A DNA stretch of 64,000 nt from a virus (IMGVR_UViG_3300020576_002947:128001-192000), one strand, 5' to 3'. Numbered from the stretch's first letter, positions 1-11,400 are shown. A program made the numbers and translations. Notes: generated by a model from the letters alone, not told the origin.

Positions 1-3000
1 TAGTTTCTGGGTGATCATCCCAGCTAAACCATTTAACTTCAGTTAGTATATCTTGATCAAGAGTTTTTAGTTCAGAAGCATTAAAATCTAAGCCAAACTT
101 TGTCTTATCTACTAAGTCGAGAAAAGACTTTTTCTGTCTGTCTGAAAGTAATACTCTAGCCGCCTCTCTTAATGCAGACGCTTTCATACCTCTTTTAAAT
201 AACATGAACATTACAGTTGGCATCACAAGTCTACGCAAGACATAATACGTACTTAGTTTAGTAAGCATTACTAGTGTACTATTAATGATTCTTAGACTTT
301 GTGTTGACCCAGTAGGCATAGCAAGAGCCATCGGAGATACAAAAGTTACCAGTCCATTTTCTAGATCAAATCTATGAATTACTGTTTTGGCTCTAACAGG
401 GCCATACAATCCTGACCTATCATCCTGAATAACAATAATATCTCTTGGCTTAATAGTAGGTTGTCCTGTTAAGGTGATCCAACCAGAGTACATATTAGCT
501 ACTGAGTCCGCTAAAGTAGTTACAAGAGAGTTATGAACTGCAGGGGTTGTAGGTGTATGTGCAATTGTAGAAGCAAATCCAGGAACCCAACTAAATAAGT
601 TAGTAATTCTTTGTTGGATATTACCAAACCCACCACCAATAGCTGTAAGATAGATACCACTATCTACAGTAAGTGTTCTTCTAGAAGATGGTATAATATC
701 ATCGTCTACGCAAACACTGAGAGATCTTTCAATTGAATCTCCTCCAAACCATTGACTATAGGTCTGTATACCAACTGCGTCAGTAAATACTTTACTAGCG
801 TCAGGTTTAATTGAGTTTTGAATCAAGTTTATCCCTGTTTTGGCAATATAGAACTGAGTAAAAGGTTTCCAAGCTAGTGTAGAAGTTAAATACTCAACAT
901 CCTTAAAACGTTCACCTGCAAGAGGTCTACCATCATACTCATAGCCTAATTTCTTAGCCCTGTATTCAGCCTTGTCCTGAGCAGACCAAGTAGGAAGTAT
1001 AAAGTTCTCAAAAAGATGTTTCTGACCAGCTTGATTCATCTGATTAAAAAAGCTTCCTTCATATTTCTTCTCAGCAACTCCTTTCGGATTCCAGATCATC
1101 TCAGCCCACTTTGCAAGATTATGTAACCCTCCAGGAATAGAGAGATCCCAGAAAACCTCTCCTAGTTTTAAAGGCCATAGCGTTTCGCTATCTCTCTCAG
1201 ACTGCTTCTCTAAAGCTTTGGAAACAGCGGAAGCATTCTGTCTTATGTATTTACCATCTTGCCTAGCTAGATCTGGGTCAACAGGGGATATACCTAAATT
1301 CTCATCTGACCATAATCCTACTCGGTTTGCCTTAGCAATATTTTGTGTTGCTATTAGCTCAGCAGGAGTTTTGTCAGTATTCGATCCAGGCCTTGGTTTA
1401 ATGTCAGCGTCTTTCTCTACGTAAGCCCAAGCCATTCCAAGACGAATCATCTCTTCGTTAACATCTAGGTAGGTATTAGAATCAGCATCAAAAGCTTTAA
1501 TTTGTACAAGGAAACGGCCATATGCAGCTTCAAAGCCTACGATATCAACGACTACGTTCTTTCCTTCAATAAGTTTCTTAAGAGTTTTTGTTGACTCGAT
1601 TCCAAAACGCTGACGCTTTTCTGGTGCGTCTACATAGCGAAGTCTTGCACCGTTCATTCCGGTGATACCGAAGTTAATTGTATCACCATCTTTTACAAAG
1701 ATTTTAAGCTGGTCTTTGTTACTTCTCAGAAGTTCAAGTGACTTGGCTACTTTTGCATAACTCTTTGTGCTTTCTTTTGTTAAGAAGTCTTTATCAATAG
1801 CTGCTGCACTAGTACTAAGAAGTTCTGAAGTTTCTTCAGAGACTTCCAAGTTGTCATTAGCTTCATTAACCAGTAACGACTTAATATCTAGTGACTGATT
1901 ACCAACAGCCTTAAGCTCTTCTATTGTAGGAGAAAAGTTTTCAAGTGTTTTAGCTGTATAAGCATAGTGGCAAGGCCACCACCACTTTCCGTAGAACACC
2001 CTACTCTCAGTTCCAAACGATGTAGGACAGCCTACAAAATCGAAAACAGCCCTTCGGCAGACATCAATTACTTTGTGAGATGTAGCTTCATTAACAGATA
2101 CACTAAAATAAGTTTTCTTAGCGTTCCAATCATAAAAAGCGTAGTTATTGAAGAAGTTGTTATCAGGAGTTTGATCTAATGTAGGTGAGGCATCATAAAT
2201 ATTTACTGCAGCTTCAGCAGCATAGTGTCTAGCACCTTCAATATATACATCGCCAAAGTGAGCAATACCGTGGGACATATCCCTAAACTTACCAAAAGGA
2301 TTTAATTTTTCAAGAAAGAGTGACTTAGCACCATCAACCTGGATAATTGATTCAAGTACGATATTAGCAGGAGACTTAGAAATCCCCACCATACCGGTAT
2401 TTCTCCACACCCACCCATTGTTTGTTTGAGTATTTCCAACAGTAATTTGTTTGTTTAGTTCATCTCCATCAGATAGTGCTACAATAGTTACTAAGTCATC
2501 AGACGCTGGAAGCTCAGTAATTGCACCATTAAATACAACTGGCATTGTAGCTGCGTTACTACCATAACCCATTCGAAGATGGATTCTAGCACCAGGTTTA
2601 AGAACAAAGGTGTTGAGATAATTTCTAGCCCAGATCATCTTCATCTCATCATCAAAGTTCTTCATGATGTGACGAGCCCAGACATCACCTAATAGGCCAT
2701 CCCCAAATCCCCATTTCTTAGGATTACTTAGAACGGCTAAGAACTCATTTCTTTGGTCAACAGCCATTTCTTCTAAGAAGATTTGCTCGGCTCTGTAGTT
2801 AGTTAATGATCTGAAGACATTAGACAGGCCAATTGTTAGTACGGATGCAGGAGTCTCAACTGAAGAAACAAGCTCTATAGAGCTTACTGCTGTTCTAGTA
2901 AAGTATTGATCCCAGAGCTTCTCAGTGCCGCCTTTCCAGTAAAAACCTTCGTTGATGATTGCTAAGAAGTAAGCAGGCCATGCACCCTTTAATCTTCCAA

Positions 3001-6000
3001 AAGGAGAATGGTTTCTTAAGTCTACTGTTAATCCATAGATTGCATCCTCTGATTCAGGGAACAGAGCAAGTCTCTGCTTTCCAATCAAGACTGCCTGCTC
3101 TTCTAGACTTAGATCTTTATCTTGAAGATCGCTAAAAACGCTTAGCATGTCTAAACTAGCAAATCTTCGATCTAAACTAATATCCCTAGGCTTACCACTA
3201 GGAAGGTAATCAGTCATTACAGACCTGCTACCAGATTTTGTAGTATGGATTGTATGGTTAGCCATATTACCGCAATCCATAGCAATATATGGATTATACC
3301 CAGAGAAGAAAGGATCTAGTTTTGATGTTTCATAGAAATCAGCTTCGATACCAATAGATCTTACCCACCCTAACCAATGGACATAATAAGTATCAATGGC
3401 GTGTAGAGAATTACCTGCTGACGCAGCTTCTCGAAGATACTTTGTAAAATCATCAAAACTTTTTGCTTCATCTGCTAAAGATAGAAGTTTATCAATCTGG
3501 TCTTTATTAGTAATATAGTCGGCATTAGCTCTAGTTACTCTAAAATGAGTTTCTAGTAGTTTTACTGCTGTTCTTTTATGCTTACTAGAGTTGTATGTAT
3601 GACCAAACACTCGGTATGCATATCTAGGGCCTTTGATATTCAGTTGGTCAGGTTTAACTTCTTTAACAACCCTCTCCAAATCAAGATCACCCCAGCCAGT
3701 ATGATCTAATGCAGGTCCGTGGGCACCTAAATGTGACCTTGAATTAAAGAAGGCAAATCCTACTGAGGGTGGTATGTTGTTTTTCTGTGCATTTGCAATT
3801 AGCTCTCGAAGAGTCTCATCACCATTGGTACGAATCTGGGCAGACCCTCCTTTCCAAGTGTCAGAAACACTCTCTAATTCTTTCGACTCTAGAACCTTTC
3901 TATAAAGAAGATTCTTATCATAAACAGTAAAAGGATACAACTTATCAGCCTTCTCCATCATTCTCCAAGGTGTTACAAATGTACCTGCATCAGCAGGAGG
4001 AGAATGAGGAGTTTTAACGGTCAGAAGTGGCTTAAATTTAGAAATTTTTTCTAAGTGTTCGTAAGGAGAGTGTACTTCATAATTAGAATCAGCCCCTTGA
4101 AATGTCATCGGCTTTCTAAAGGCTGCGTTTTCTCTGTCACCACCAACCTCATCCCACCTACCAAGAATGTTTTCTCCAATATTATCAAGAAAACTTGATT
4201 GTTTCCATTGAAGTAAGAAATTGTACGTTGGGTCTGTTAGATCATGCCATTTATGGTCGCTACTAAGTCGATCTGCAATTCCTTGTGTAACAGCGGTCTT
4301 AATAGCCTTCAATCTAAAAGCGTAACTAAAGAAAATTCTTTCCTCTTCAGTACCTTTACCAAGAGCCTCTAAATCTCCCGGGTCCTCAAAAGGAATTAAC
4401 CTTTTTTCGAATTCTTTAGGAATCTCTCCTTTAAAAATATTACTCTTTTTGAAGATATCATTAATTGGTCGAGTATCAGTCCCTATGCGGTTGAAATCTT
4501 TTAGATCAACCATTTCCCCACTACTAGCCCACCATCCAAGTTCAGCACCCTTCTGATCAATCTCGGTAGCCCCCTGAGAAAGTGCTTCTACTACTTCGGT
4601 AGCTTTTTCGCCAGTAGACGCCATATACAGATTATCACCATATATGTTAGGAAGGTACTGCCCAATATTAGTAATTGAAGCTCCTCTTTGGTCTGCAGGT
4701 ACTAAACTAACTACTTTGTTATCTCCAGAAACAGGTAATTTTTCTGAGATTCTGATTGTAGATATGACTCCTGTCTTTGTGGGGCCATCTTCGTTCTTAA
4801 CTTCCTTAGGAGAGAAAACGTCTCGAGCTCCGTACTGATCAGTAGTAACTTCATCTAAAGTTGACTTAAAGTAATTCTTTTCATAGTAAACATAGAAATC
4901 TGGGTCTACATACCTACCTTGAGTCATTGTACCGTCTAAAGGCCAAGCTGCTATATTTTGTCTAGTAGCAGGAACTTCAAAGTACCTACCGCAGTGATTA
5001 AGAATCTCCTCATCCAGTGTAGACAGAGAGATATCATTTTCATCGGATTGCTCTTGCTCGCCAAACTGGGCTAGTCGGTTAAAAGAAAGAACCCACTGAT
5101 TTAACTGTGTTTTAGTAGGTAAATAAAGGTCAGGATAAACCTCTTCATGCAGTAGTGAATTCTGCAATGACATATAATCAATAGCTTTGAGGTAGGTGGG
5201 AAAAGCGTCTTCTACGCCTCTTGTTTCATCGTTATACTTTAAAGTAGTGTTTGTCTGATTATTGTACGTGTTAAGTGTCTTTAGCCTCTCTGCTTCCTTA
5301 ACCCTTGGATCAAAATCTAAGAAAGTTATTACAAAATCCCAGCTTCCAGGAGCACCGGGAGCATTACTTACTTCAATACCCGCGGGCATAACAAAATTAA
5401 TACCCATTAAGCTAAAAATGGTACCTTTTGCGTGGATATAGGCAGATCCTGGTTTTGACTTATCAAACTCGTGACGATCATCAGGAAGGTCTGTAACCGA
5501 TGAGTCTTTACTCTTTCTACTTATAGCTCTTTCAGCGAATAGATCGTAAAATCTCTGGACTTTTAGCATGGCATCATTACTCATGCAACGCCCTTCAAGG
5601 GTAATTATTTTTGACTTTGTGCCTAAGATCTGATGCTTCGGTAATTGTAAAGCTTCATGAGTAGTCACACTTAGGTTATAGCCGCCTTGGACATTTATCT
5701 TAGTAACAATTACATCTTGATCGCCTGTACTAGATAAATGCAGCCTTACATCATCCACACTAGGTACAAAAAATACATCATCAACTGCTCTAGAAAATGA
5801 AGCTGCTCTGCTATCAAAATAAGCGTTCTCATCTACTGCAACATTATAATGTAGCTTTGTAATACCAGGATCTATTTCAGCAGGAATGATCCTAATAACT
5901 GCCCCAAAGAAGTCTTGTGGGTTGACTATTGCAGCCTCAATAGTCGTTTTCATATTCCTAATTGCTTGTGCTCTAACCTCCTCTTCAGGGTTCTGAAAAT

Positions 6001-7669
6001 TAACAGTCCTTTGTAGCCTCGCATATTCCTTATCTTCAAAGTATTTTGTGATAGCATTTCTATAAGCTGCAGCATCTTGTTTGTTTTGTGTATCTGATTT
6101 TGAAATATCAACGAGAGTATCAAGACTGCTTATCTTTTGATAATATTCATTAGGAACAAGGATGTTAGCGATATCTACACCAACCCCGACCCTATTTCCA
6201 AGATGGTCTGCTAGTGCATAGTCAAAGCCTTCTTTCCAGTAGGTCCAACCCATAACCATACCAGCTAAAGATCCCTTTACTATACTGTCCCAATTAGCTT
6301 TTGAGTTGAATTTTAAAACATAGTATTCGCCTTCAGTATCGAAGCCAGCAGTATCTGATCCTTTCTCATAAGCTGGTAGCCTTTTGATATTGTCACTTGT
6401 AACCTCTCCTTTTCGAGTGACTAAGTTTTGAAGACTTCGAATAGTTTGAGCATCTGATCCTGCTGTAGTGCTTTGTGTATAGTTTATCTCAGAACCTATT
6501 TTAGATACTTGTTCTGGGCCTGGAATAGTTAAAACTATTTCATCTGAGTAGCTATAAGAAGATTTCTTCGTTGTTGCAGCCCAGAATTGATAAATGGGCC
6601 AACAGTACGCATCACTTAGGCACCTTATTTCAGGATTTTTCTTAGCCTTTTCTTCATCACTCTCAAGCAAGCTCTCAGCCCCAGCTAAGGATGCATAAGC
6701 AGACCAGAGAAATGGGTCTACTTGAATATCAAGCTGCATTGCTTCAGGACTACCAGGGACAGTCGATAGTGAATACCCTTTTACAATTACCTCATTATAT
6801 GGAATTGGGTGGGAACTACTATCATCATCCTTGTCAAGCATAGGGAATAAGCCCCCTTCTGTAATTAAGATAGGTGTTAAATTAATTTGCTCAAGTACAG
6901 GCTGAAGAGAGTTTGCTACTTCATGTTTTGAAGGTGCTAGAATAGATATAGTGTATGTTCGGTACGTAGTTCCAGCATGGTTCTTAAAGCCCCCTTCTGT
7001 TCTAATAGAAGGAACTTCCTTAATATAGGATGTTGAAGAACTAGATACTGAAGTAATATTACAGTTTCCTAGAATAGGAGCGTACCCTAACTGAGTTGTA
7101 TTGTGTGGGTATTGATAGGGTTTTGGTGTGTTTAGAAATCCAAAACTATCATCAGGAAGAAAGAGATGGTCGGCCATCTTCTGCCTTTCACGCTTCTTTA
7201 AAAACTCTTCGTCCTTTAGCGGGTCAATAACTTCTTTCTTAGTTTTTGGCTCCGAGTTAGGCTGTGTATTTTCATCAGCTGTAGAAGTGTTAGAAAATTC
7301 TAGGGACTTCTCCATCGGTTTCTTTTTGTTTGAGGTATTTATATTTAGTTTAGAACTAACAATTTTATATGTAGAAAAACTATTAGAAAGAATTGTTGTT
7401 CCTAAGAAACCTAGACCTGGTATCGTAAGCTGAAGCGTTATCGTACCTTCAAAGTTGTGCCTATAGTCTGAGTTTATAAGAACAGTTAGTAAGGAAAGGC
7501 CGTACTCACTCCTGATATGCTCAGCAAACTCTGACCAGAGAACGTAAAAAGATTTTTGTTTTCCTGGATTAGGGCCTCGGTAGTTTACTTTGTCTAGTAT
7601 AAGTGCATACTCTTGACCACCCTTTGTTTCCTTTCTTATAGAGTTTGGGCTTACTACAATATTATCCAT
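1..7669 (-). CDS. Giant baseplate hub-like/tail protein (>2556 aa, 3'-truncated by window edge) with an embedded staphylococcal nuclease domain
   Basis: ATG at 7669 (MDNIVVSPNSIRKE...), 2 nt after the stop of 7672..8400. The same frame is open wherever hand-translated (about 7669-6680, 3840-3570, 1720-1290, 60-2). The track reports no minus-strand ORF here, as expected if no stop occurs before the edge. Hub-like motifs: PGARIHLRMGYGSNAATMPVVFNGAITE (about 2515-2600) and MYSGWITLTGQPTIKPRDIIVIQD...VIHRFDLENGLVTFVSP (about 330-495). Confidence 0.8.
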   Translation of the reverse strand, partial: MDNIVVSPNSIRKETKGGQEYALILDKVNYRGPNPGKQKSFYVLWSEFAEHIRSEYGLSLLTVLINSDYRHNFEGTITLQLTIPGLGFLGTTILSNSFSTYKIVSSKLNINTSNKKKPMEKSLEFSNTSTADENTQPNSEPKTKKEVIDPLKDEEFLKKRERQKMADHLFLPDDSFGFLNTPKPYQYPHNTTQLGYAPILGNCNITSVSSSSTSYIKEVPSIRTEGGFKNHAGTTYRTYTISILAPSKHEVANSLQPVLEQINLTPILITEGGLFPMLDKDDDSSSHPIPYNEVIVKGYSLSTVPGSPEAMQLDIQVDPFLWSAYASLAGAESLLESDEEKAKKNPEIRCLSDAYCWPIYQFWAATTKKSSYSYSDEIVLTIPGPEQVSKIGSEINYTQSTTAGSDAQTIRSLQNLVTRKGEVTSDNIKRLPAYEKGSDTAGFDTEGEYYVLKFNSKANWDSIVKGSLAGMVMGWTYWKEGFDYALADHLGNRVGVGVDIANILVPNEYYQKISSLDTLVDISKSDTQNKQDAAAYRNAITKYFEDKEYARLQRTVNFQNPEEEVRAQAIRNMKTTIEAAIVNPQDFFGAVIRIIPAEIDPGITKLHYNVAVDENAYFDSRAASFSRAVDDVFFVPSVDDVRLHLSSTGDQDVIVTKINVQGGYNLSVTTHEALQLPKHQILGTKSKIITLEGRCMSNDAMLKVQRFYDLFAERAISRKSKDSSVTDLPDDRHEFDKSKPGSAYIHAKGTIFSLMGINFVMPAGIEVSNAPGAPGSWDFVITFLDFDPRVKEAERLKTLNTYNNQTNTTLKYNDETRGVEDAFPTYLKAIDYMSLQNSLLHEEVYPDLYLPTKTQLNQWVLSFNRLAQFGEQEQSDENDISLSTLDEEILNHCGRYFEVPATRQNIAAWPLDGTMTQGRYVDPDFYVYYEKNYFKSTLDEVTTDQYGARDVFSPKEVKNEDGPTKTGVISTIRISEKLPVSGDNKVVSLVPADQRGASITNIGQYLPNIYGDNLYMASTGEKATEVVEALSQGATEIDQKGAELGWWASSGEMVDLKDFNRIGTDTRPINDIFKKSNIFKGEIPKEFEKRLIPFEDPGDLEALGKGTEEERIFFSYAFRLKAIKTAVTQGIADRLSSDHKWHDLTDPTYNFLLQWKQSSFLDNIGENILGRWDEVGGDRENAAFRKPMTFQGADSNYEVHSPYEHLEKISKFKPLLTVKTPHSPPADAGTFVTPWRMMEKADKLYPFTVYDKNLLYRKVLESKELESVSDTWKGGSAQIRTNGDETLRELIANAQKNNIPPSVGFAFFNSRSHLGAHGPALDHTGWGDLDLERVVKEVKPDQLNIKGPRYAYRVFGHTYNSSKHKRTAVKLLETHFRVTRANADYITNKDQIDKLLSLADEAKSFDDFTKYLREAASAGNSLHAIDTYYVHWLGWVRSIGIEADFYETSKLDPFFSGYNPYIAMDCGNMANHTIHTTKSGSRSVMTDYLPSGKPRDISLDRRFASLDMLSVFSDLQDKDLSLEEQAVLIGKQRLALFPESEDAIYGLTVDLRNHSPFGRLKGAWPAYFLAIINEGFYWKGGTEKLWDQYFTRTAVSSIELVSSVETPASVLTIGLSNVFRSLTNYRAEQIFLEEMAVDQRNEFLAVLSNPKKWGFGDGLLGDVWARHIMKNFDDEMKMIWARNYLNTFVLKPGARIHLRMGYGSNAATMPVVFNGAITELPASDDLVTIVALSDGDELNKQITVGNTQTNNGWVWRNTGMVGISKSPANIVLESIIQVDGAKSLFLEKLNPFGKFRDMSHGIAHFGDVYIEGARHYAAEAAVNIYDASPTLDQTPDNNFFNNYAFYDWNAKKTYFSVSVNEATSHKVIDVCRRAVFDFVGCPTSFGTESRVFYGKWWWPCHYAYTAKTLENFSPTIEELKAVGNQSLDIKSLLVNEANDNLEVSEETSELLSTSAAAIDKDFLTKESTKSYAKVAKSLELLRSNKDQLKIFVKDGDTINFGITGMNGARLRYVDAPEKRQRFGIESTKTLKKLIEGKNVVVDIVGFEAAYGRFLVQIKAFDADSNTYLDVNEEMIRLGMAWAYVEKDADIKPRPGSNTDKTPAELIATQNIAKANRVGLWSDENLGISPVDPDLARQDGKYIRQNASAVSKALEKQSERDSETLWPLKLGEVFWDLSIPGGLHNLAKWAEMIWNPKGVAEKKYEGSFFNQMNQAGQKHLFENFILPTWSAQDKAEYRAKKLGYEYDGRPLAGERFKDVEYLTSTLAWKPFTQFYIAKTGINLIQNSIKPDASKVFTDAVGIQTYSQWFGGDSIERSLSVCVDDDIIPSSRRTLTVDSGIYLTAIGGGFGNIQQRITNLFSWVPGFASTIAHTPTTPAVHNSLVTTLADSVANMYSGWITLTGQPTIKPRDIIVIQDDRSGLYGPVRAKTVIHRFDLENGLVTFVSPMALAMPTGSTQSLRIINSTLVMLTKLSTYYVLRRLVMPTVMFMLFKRGMKASALREAARVLLSDRQKKSFLDLVDKTKFGLDFNASELKTLDQDILTEVKWFSWDDHPET

Positions 7670-7671
7670 AT

Positions 7672-8400
7672 TTATCTAAAGGCCTCGGCAAGTCGATTCC
7701 TATCAATCGTAGGTTCGGTTATACCTTTGACTCTTATTAGAGGCCGAGTATCGTTTTTATTATCTTCATTGATTATATGATTTGAGTATTCTTCTGGTGT
7801 CATTGTAGCACCTGCAGCAGAACCCATAAACGTTTGAATATTTCTCGCGTTTCTAATTGACCTTACCTCAACTGCCCTTGCTGCGCCAACTACGGCAAGA
7901 CCTGTCATGATTCTTATGAAAGAGCTTCTAGACAGTCTAAGACCGTCTAATGCAGGAGCAAGAGTTTTCAAAGGACTATTATCAAGAGCTGCTATTAAAT
8001 TTCCTTTCATGTTCTTAATAAAATCTGGGTATGTATTAAGAAACTTATTAGTACTTACTGATATTGCACTTCCGAGTACAAGAGTTGAGATACCTAGAGA
8101 AGCACTAGCAGCTATGGCAACCTCAGGAGGCATACCACCATGCATAGCCTCGCCAACATTAAAGCCTCCTATAGCACCAATAACTCCTCCAACGATAGCA
8201 CTTCTTCCGCCAAAGATACCACCAGCTAACATACCTACTGATGCACCCAAACCAGCCATCTCAGGACCCTTAGTTCTAGAATTAAGCTGATCATTTACTA
8301 CTCTGCTATCCTTAACAGCATAGTAAGTAAGCAGAGAGCCTACAACTAAACCTATACCTAACTCAGGGGAGGGCCTAACTCTTAAAAGTCCTTTTATCAT
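7672..8400 (-). CDS. Gly/Ala-rich multi-hydrophobic-helix protein, probable virion/ejection protein
   Basis: 242 aa with glycine-zipper segments (GLGASVGMLAGGIFGG, VGGVIGAIGG); tightly coupled between two giant virion genes. Confidence 0.55.
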   Translation of the reverse strand: MIKGLLRVRPSPELGIGLVVGSLLTYYAVKDSRVVNDQLNSRTKGPEMAGLGASVGMLAGGIFGGRSAIVGGVIGAIGGFNVGEAMHGGMPPEVAIAASASLGISTLVLGSAISVSTNKFLNTYPDFIKNMKGNLIAALDNSPLKTLAPALDGLRLSRSSFIRIMTGLAVVGAARAVEVRSIRNARNIQTFMGSAAGATMTPEEYSNHIINEDNKNDTRPLIRVKGITEPTIDRNRLAEAFR

Positions 8401-8402
8401 TT

Positions 8403-11400
8403 TTAGGTAGCACTCTCCAGATAGTTATAGGCATCTATAGAATTAATTCTATTTTTGCGATTAAGGGATGAACTAACTACAACACCCATACTACCTAGTT
8501 CTTTAGATAGAGCGTGGTAACCTATATCAGATTGACGTGCAGAGTCTGAAGATCCATTAATAGCAATCGACATGTTGCTGTATGATTCGGCAGAGAACGA
8601 AGGACTACCATAGCTATCTTGATTAATACCTTCCGAGTCTATTTCCCCATTAGGTGTCATTGTAGTCTCACTTAAAACATCTTCCTTTAGTTTAGGAGCT
8701 GAAGCTAGCGCAGCTAATCCCATTGCACCTAACATTAGCCCAGAACCCCAGTTTTCCATCATCTCTCTATGGGCTTTTTCAGTAAGAGTCACTCCATTTT
8801 TACTAGTAGCTTTTAGCTTTAGCATATTTCTATGCTGAAGCTCAGACTGACCTAGAGGATTTGATTCAGTAAATCTATTTTGTATTGGTGGTGAAACTTC
8901 TGGACCTACACCTAGATTAGCATCGGCCTGTAGTCTATCCATAGGTTTATAAGGTTGAACCCCACCATCTAGGAAAGAGTCAACTCTAGCTCCCATCTCT
9001 TCAGGAGAGAGTTGTGAAAATCCAGGTTCATTCATTAGGTTCTGAAGAAAGTTAGCACCATCTTTATGCTGCAGAATTTGTGTGGCCTTGTCTTTTACCT
9101 TAGCAAGTCTGGGATCTGTTGAAAGTAAGGTAAACTCATTATTTTCTACGCCTGAGAGGGCTGTTAGAATACCCTCAGTCTCGTACTTGGAGACCAGAAG
9201 TTTTTCATAATCCTGACCTTTAAATTCCTTAGCTCTATCTAGCACAAAACCAGCAGTCTCAATACCAGCTTCTCTAAACATATCAGCGATTCCTGTATTG
9301 TTTTCAACCCCCTCAGCAACATTTCGAGCCATTGATTGAAGAAGCTTTGCTGTAATTCTTTCCTTTTCTGACATTGCTATATCAGCATCTATTGTTCCTA
9401 ATGCGGTTTCGGCTATCAGTTTTGCCCTCTCATCTGTTGCACCAAAACCCTTAGCCACTACTTCTAATCTAGACTGTAATCCTTTATCAGGAGCAAACAG
9501 TTTCTTAACTGACTTACTGATGACATCACTCTCGTCTGAGTAAGCACCTGCCTTTTGTGTTGAATTAACATAGTCACTATAAGACTCGACTTCATCTAGA
9601 CCTAACTCTTTAAAAGCGCCAAGCTCATCTTCTAACCCTAGTTCTTTGATTGCAGAGAAAGCTGCACCTGCTTTTCCTGTAGATTTATCATCTCCAGCAT
9701 ATTTTAAAAGCTGGTAAAGTCCCTGACCAATAGTGTTTTGGGCAACGTTCTGGCCTCTGCCTGAGGCGAGTGGGTCTGTATTTAGAAAAGCCCTGGCACT
9801 TAAGTTGGAGATCCCTTTACCATCAACATTTCTAAAACCAAAACTAAGGCTAGGGGCACTCTCTTGCAAAGTTACTGTTTCTCTCATAGCTAAAGCAGCG
9901 ACCATAAAAGCTCTGAACGCATTAGAGTCAGAAGACATTATTGCCTGTCTCATATCAGGACTAGCCATTACCCACGAAGAAAATGTTTCCAAAGCACTTT
10001 TATCTACCGCGTTTGGTGTAAGTGCTTTAAATACTTCGCCAGCTACAGCTTCAGTAAATGCTTTTTTATTAGTACCTGAGAATTGAGTTGAAAACCGTCT
10101 AAGCTCAGGGTCCTTTTCTAAGAACTGATCTAAGAATGTAACCCCTTGTGCCTCTTCTCCTAGTAATCTCTTTATGTCGTCTAGTGTACTATCATTAACC
10201 CTATACTCTCTGCCATTAGTTAACTTTTGGATTACAGTATCAACAAGATTGTCACCATTTCCTTCTATATAAGTCCCTGCCGCGACACGAGCTTTAGCTA
10301 GTACATGAGCGGTATCAAAATTATTTACTACAGCTTCAGTTGATAATGAAGTAAACTTAGGGAATGGGTTTAATTCATTAATCATCCTTTTTGTTGACGA
10401 AGCTACGTTTCTAGCTCTTTCTTCTGCTACTAACTTAGCGGACTGTTTGGCAGCTGGACTTGTATCGTTAGCATCAATAACCCGTCCAGAAAGAAGGGTA
10501 TTAACTTCACCCTCAGTCATTACTCTCTCCCAAACTAACTTACTTCCTGCATTAGTACTACTTGCTATCGCTTCACCAGTGTTAACACCTGAGATTGATA
10601 CTCTAAAAAATTGTTCTCCATCTACAACCTCAGCCCTTATACTTTCAGGAGTAATTTTAATGATTGACCCAGTAATATCTCTAATTCTAGTTCCTTCAAG
10701 AGCAATAGCACCATCTACTTTGTTGATTGTAGCACCCTTGAGAATATCAGAAGCATCCCTATCAAGAAGATAAGCCCAGACGTTATCTGCCACATCATCA
10801 TGGGCTTCTTTCATTCCAAACATCCAAGCTCTTTTACTGCCTGTTTTAGCTGCTTTTAACATCTGATCTTGCTGGTTAAAGTTTCCTGTAGTAGCAGCAC
10901 CAGTTGCCATGGCAAGAAGCTCTTTTGAGACGCCTTTTTTGATGTCTAGTATTTGTACTCGCCTAATAAGATCGTCTACCTTACTAGCACTAACTCCACT
11001 AGTACCTTTTAAGAATCTAAGTTCTCTAGCAAGGATACCAAAGTCAGCTCGGCCTTGAGTAGGAATAAAAAGAATCTCATCCTTTTCCATCTCTAAAACT
11101 AAGGTTTCTATTTGATCAATCCTAACTAGTCCATTGGTTGCAGATAAAGGATTACTCTTACTAGCTTTTTGAGGAGTAATTTGAAAAGCAAATCTATTAC
11201 CATTAGGTCCAGACAGATTTTGATCATCCATAAGCTTCTTCATAAAAGCTTGGGTAGCTGCTTTAAGCTCATCTTTGTCAGTAATTAGCTTTAATCTTTT
11301 AAATTCTTCTTGGTAGGCAGTATGGCTTCCAGAACTTTTTATTTTCTCTAGTGCTGTTTCTATTGCGTCAAGCTGAGTCCCAGTCATTAGAGAAGCACTA

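Noticed and set aside
1-7669. Apparent gene desert suggesting stop-codon recoding or non-coding DNA
   Set aside because: Explained by one open frame lacking a stop inside the window. Elsewhere TAA, TAG and TGA all terminate genes at tight junctions, so the standard code fits.
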